Source: Tubulanus polymorphus
Lineage: Eukaryota > Animalia > Nemertea
Length of the DNA: 64,000 nucleotides
NCBI RefSeq assembly: GCF_964204645.1
Contig: NC_134029.1
Span: 1,612,001-1,676,000 of the forward strand
Reading direction: 5' to 3'
The translations under genes were made by a program, and so were the position numbers. Positions within the stretch are counted from its first letter, which is position 1, and each line of letters opens with the position of its first letter. The notes below the pieces were generated by a model. It saw only the letters and a list, made by a program, of their open reading frames with translations, had not been told where the DNA came from and searched no databases. Positions 62,101 through 64,000 of the stretch are shown in pieces.

Positions 62101-64000
62101 CTCTCACCTTCTTAGCTATGTGGCTCAACAAGTTCGCGGAAGGATCTACCCTCAAACGGCAAAAATCAGTTACAATAATTATCTCATAGATGTGCTCCCT
62201 AAATCGGTGAAACCAACTAAAATTCCACCTCATCTTCGCTCGACGTTACCAAAAAAAATGTTTGCTATCCGGCTGTTAGTACGAGAGGCAACAAGTGTAT
62301 CAGCTAAAATAGGCTACAGCGCTCTTCGTGTAAAATCTGAATTAACAACCTCATATCCAGCTACTGAAAGCCCAAATATCCCAAAGTCTAAAAATGATGA
62401 TGCTAATGACACAGTTGGAGGTGCTGCAACACTTGAAAATGAATGTGATTCCAACAGTCCAACAAAACCTGAGAATATGGATGTAGACAATAGTAAATCT
62501 ACTGAAAGAAAACAAGTAGATATCAAGATGGAAAATAAGATTAAAGATGCGAAGGATTTGAGTCAAAAAGTAGAAGAGATTGAAGGCGAAAATAATGATG
62601 AAAAACAGATCAAAATTAGCATCGAGTTGTTAAAAGAGCTTAATGAGAGAGGTCGTAAAGATGATAAAGCACATCCATCTAGTGAGGCTCTTGAACAAAC
62701 TTTATCTCCACCAGCCGACTCTGCTAGCAGTACACCAACAACAACATCTACTCCAACAACAACTTCTCTCAATATTTTATCTGCAGCAAATGCATCGGAT
62801 TCAACTGGGAAATCAATTAAAAAATTGAACATTGTTACGAAGTCTCTCATTCAACCTGGAATATTTAACAAACAGAAACAGCTTTTGACGATGCAAGGTT
62901 CATTTTTCCCGACTCCTTCTACGTCAGCGACGAGTGTGGATGATGTTCCTTCTACACTTGTGCCCCATCTTCAGCAGCAACTCAATTCTGATCAGCCATT
63001 TATCAAAACGATGGCGTTCGTGAATTTGCCTCTTCATATAAAATGTGTTTTGAAGTCGCAAATGGGAAATGTCTTACCACCGGGGACACATGTAAATGAT
63101 TTACTGGCTTTAGTGAAAGTTCGGAATCCTGATGAGAAAATCACCAATAAGACATTTACTCCTGATATGGTAAAAGGACTTGCTTTAGTTCATCATTCAA
63201 TTCAGTCATCCTCAACTACAATCAGTTCTGATGCGTCTGCGTCTGCTTCATCTATATCTAATACAGCGGCAATGTCAGCATCACAGAAACTCTTCAATAC
63301 CAGTTCTCAAGAAAACAATAGTACCGGTAATACCTCCAACAACATCAACAGTGCTGCTGATAATTTGGGTAATTACAGATTTAGGATTTGTGGTGGCCAG
63401 ATAGTTGACAGTAATGCCATGGGAAAGGAACAAGAATCAAAGAAATTAACATCAGCCAGAGACTCATTAAGTTCTGCTCTTTCTCAGATCAGCAATGAAG
63501 TTTTGGGCAACCAAAAACCAGCAACGTTTCAACCGATTTTGCCGCCTATCAATAGAAGTGCGTTGAAGAGAATTTCACTTATTGGACCAACATTTGCGAC
63601 TTTAGAATCACAACCAGCTCCTCCTGTTGTTCCACAGAAAGGAACGAAATCTAAGAGAAAAGAGAAATTGGCAGTTCGACATTTCGTTACTGATGATGAT
63701 GATCTCGGATCGGCTGTTGGAAGTGAAATGCCAATTGATGTTCATACGAATCTTGTGCTTGAGAAAAAGATTAAAAAATTCTTCCAACGAGATATGTATG
63801 TGCAGATGGTTTCACATGAGACTGAGGATATCGATGTTGATATTGAAGGTTTGGATTTAGAAGAGTCCTGTAATGAACCACTTGTTAAGAAGTTTAAAGA
63901 AGAGGTCAAAATTGCTAAAGATGATTCCTCAGTTGACTCTAATGTATCATCTTCGTGCACACTTCACAAAGTTATACAGGTTATCCAACGAAAGAAACGT
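56167..64000 (+). CDS. MGA: MAX gene-associated (MGA)-like protein, 5' portion; gene continues beyond the window
   Basis: Exons 56157-60625 (ATG 56167), 60721-61217, 61328-61453, 61539-61597, 61684->64000 (open to the edge). MGA domain CDKEYCRLGCICDSL...CSKRECRFRCKC plus MGA-type motifs MFMSFATED, TCARVHYY and LLEILSNCQW. No T-box or bHLH within the window. Confidence 0.8.

Noticed and set aside
57564-63960. Minus-strand and off-frame ORFs within MGA
   Set aside because: Shadow ORFs of long coding exons.

Overview
AT-rich, gene-dense eukaryotic (metazoan, invertebrate-like) genomic DNA with many short GT-AG introns; not prokaryotic, no CRISPR. Manual splicing supports nine recognisable multi-exon genes: C4orf33/UPF0462 (+), a PA-TM-RING goliath/RNF130-RNF150-family ligase (-), ANKLE2 (-), DELE1 (+), SNUPN (+), GATB (+), CYFIP (-), SLC10A7 (-) and MCTS1 (+). 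It also holds the 5' part of a very large MGA-like gene (+) that runs off the right end. At the left end are an apparently truncated CRACD/KIAA1211-family N-terminus and an unassigned MGC-initiated acidic-repeat ORF. Non-coding structure includes a 1.4-kb GC-rich 38-bp minisatellite with higher-order organisation, several MITE families (some with CWG target duplications, Harbinger-like), a YY1/ETS-motif tandem array in the MGA leader intron and a U12-type intron in MCTS1. There are also RFX X-boxes (one preceding a candidate spliced micro-ORF) and CTCF-like motifs at most tandem gene junctions. Gene identities rest on remembered family motifs, not database searches. I found no clearly novel system; the leads below are hypotheses.
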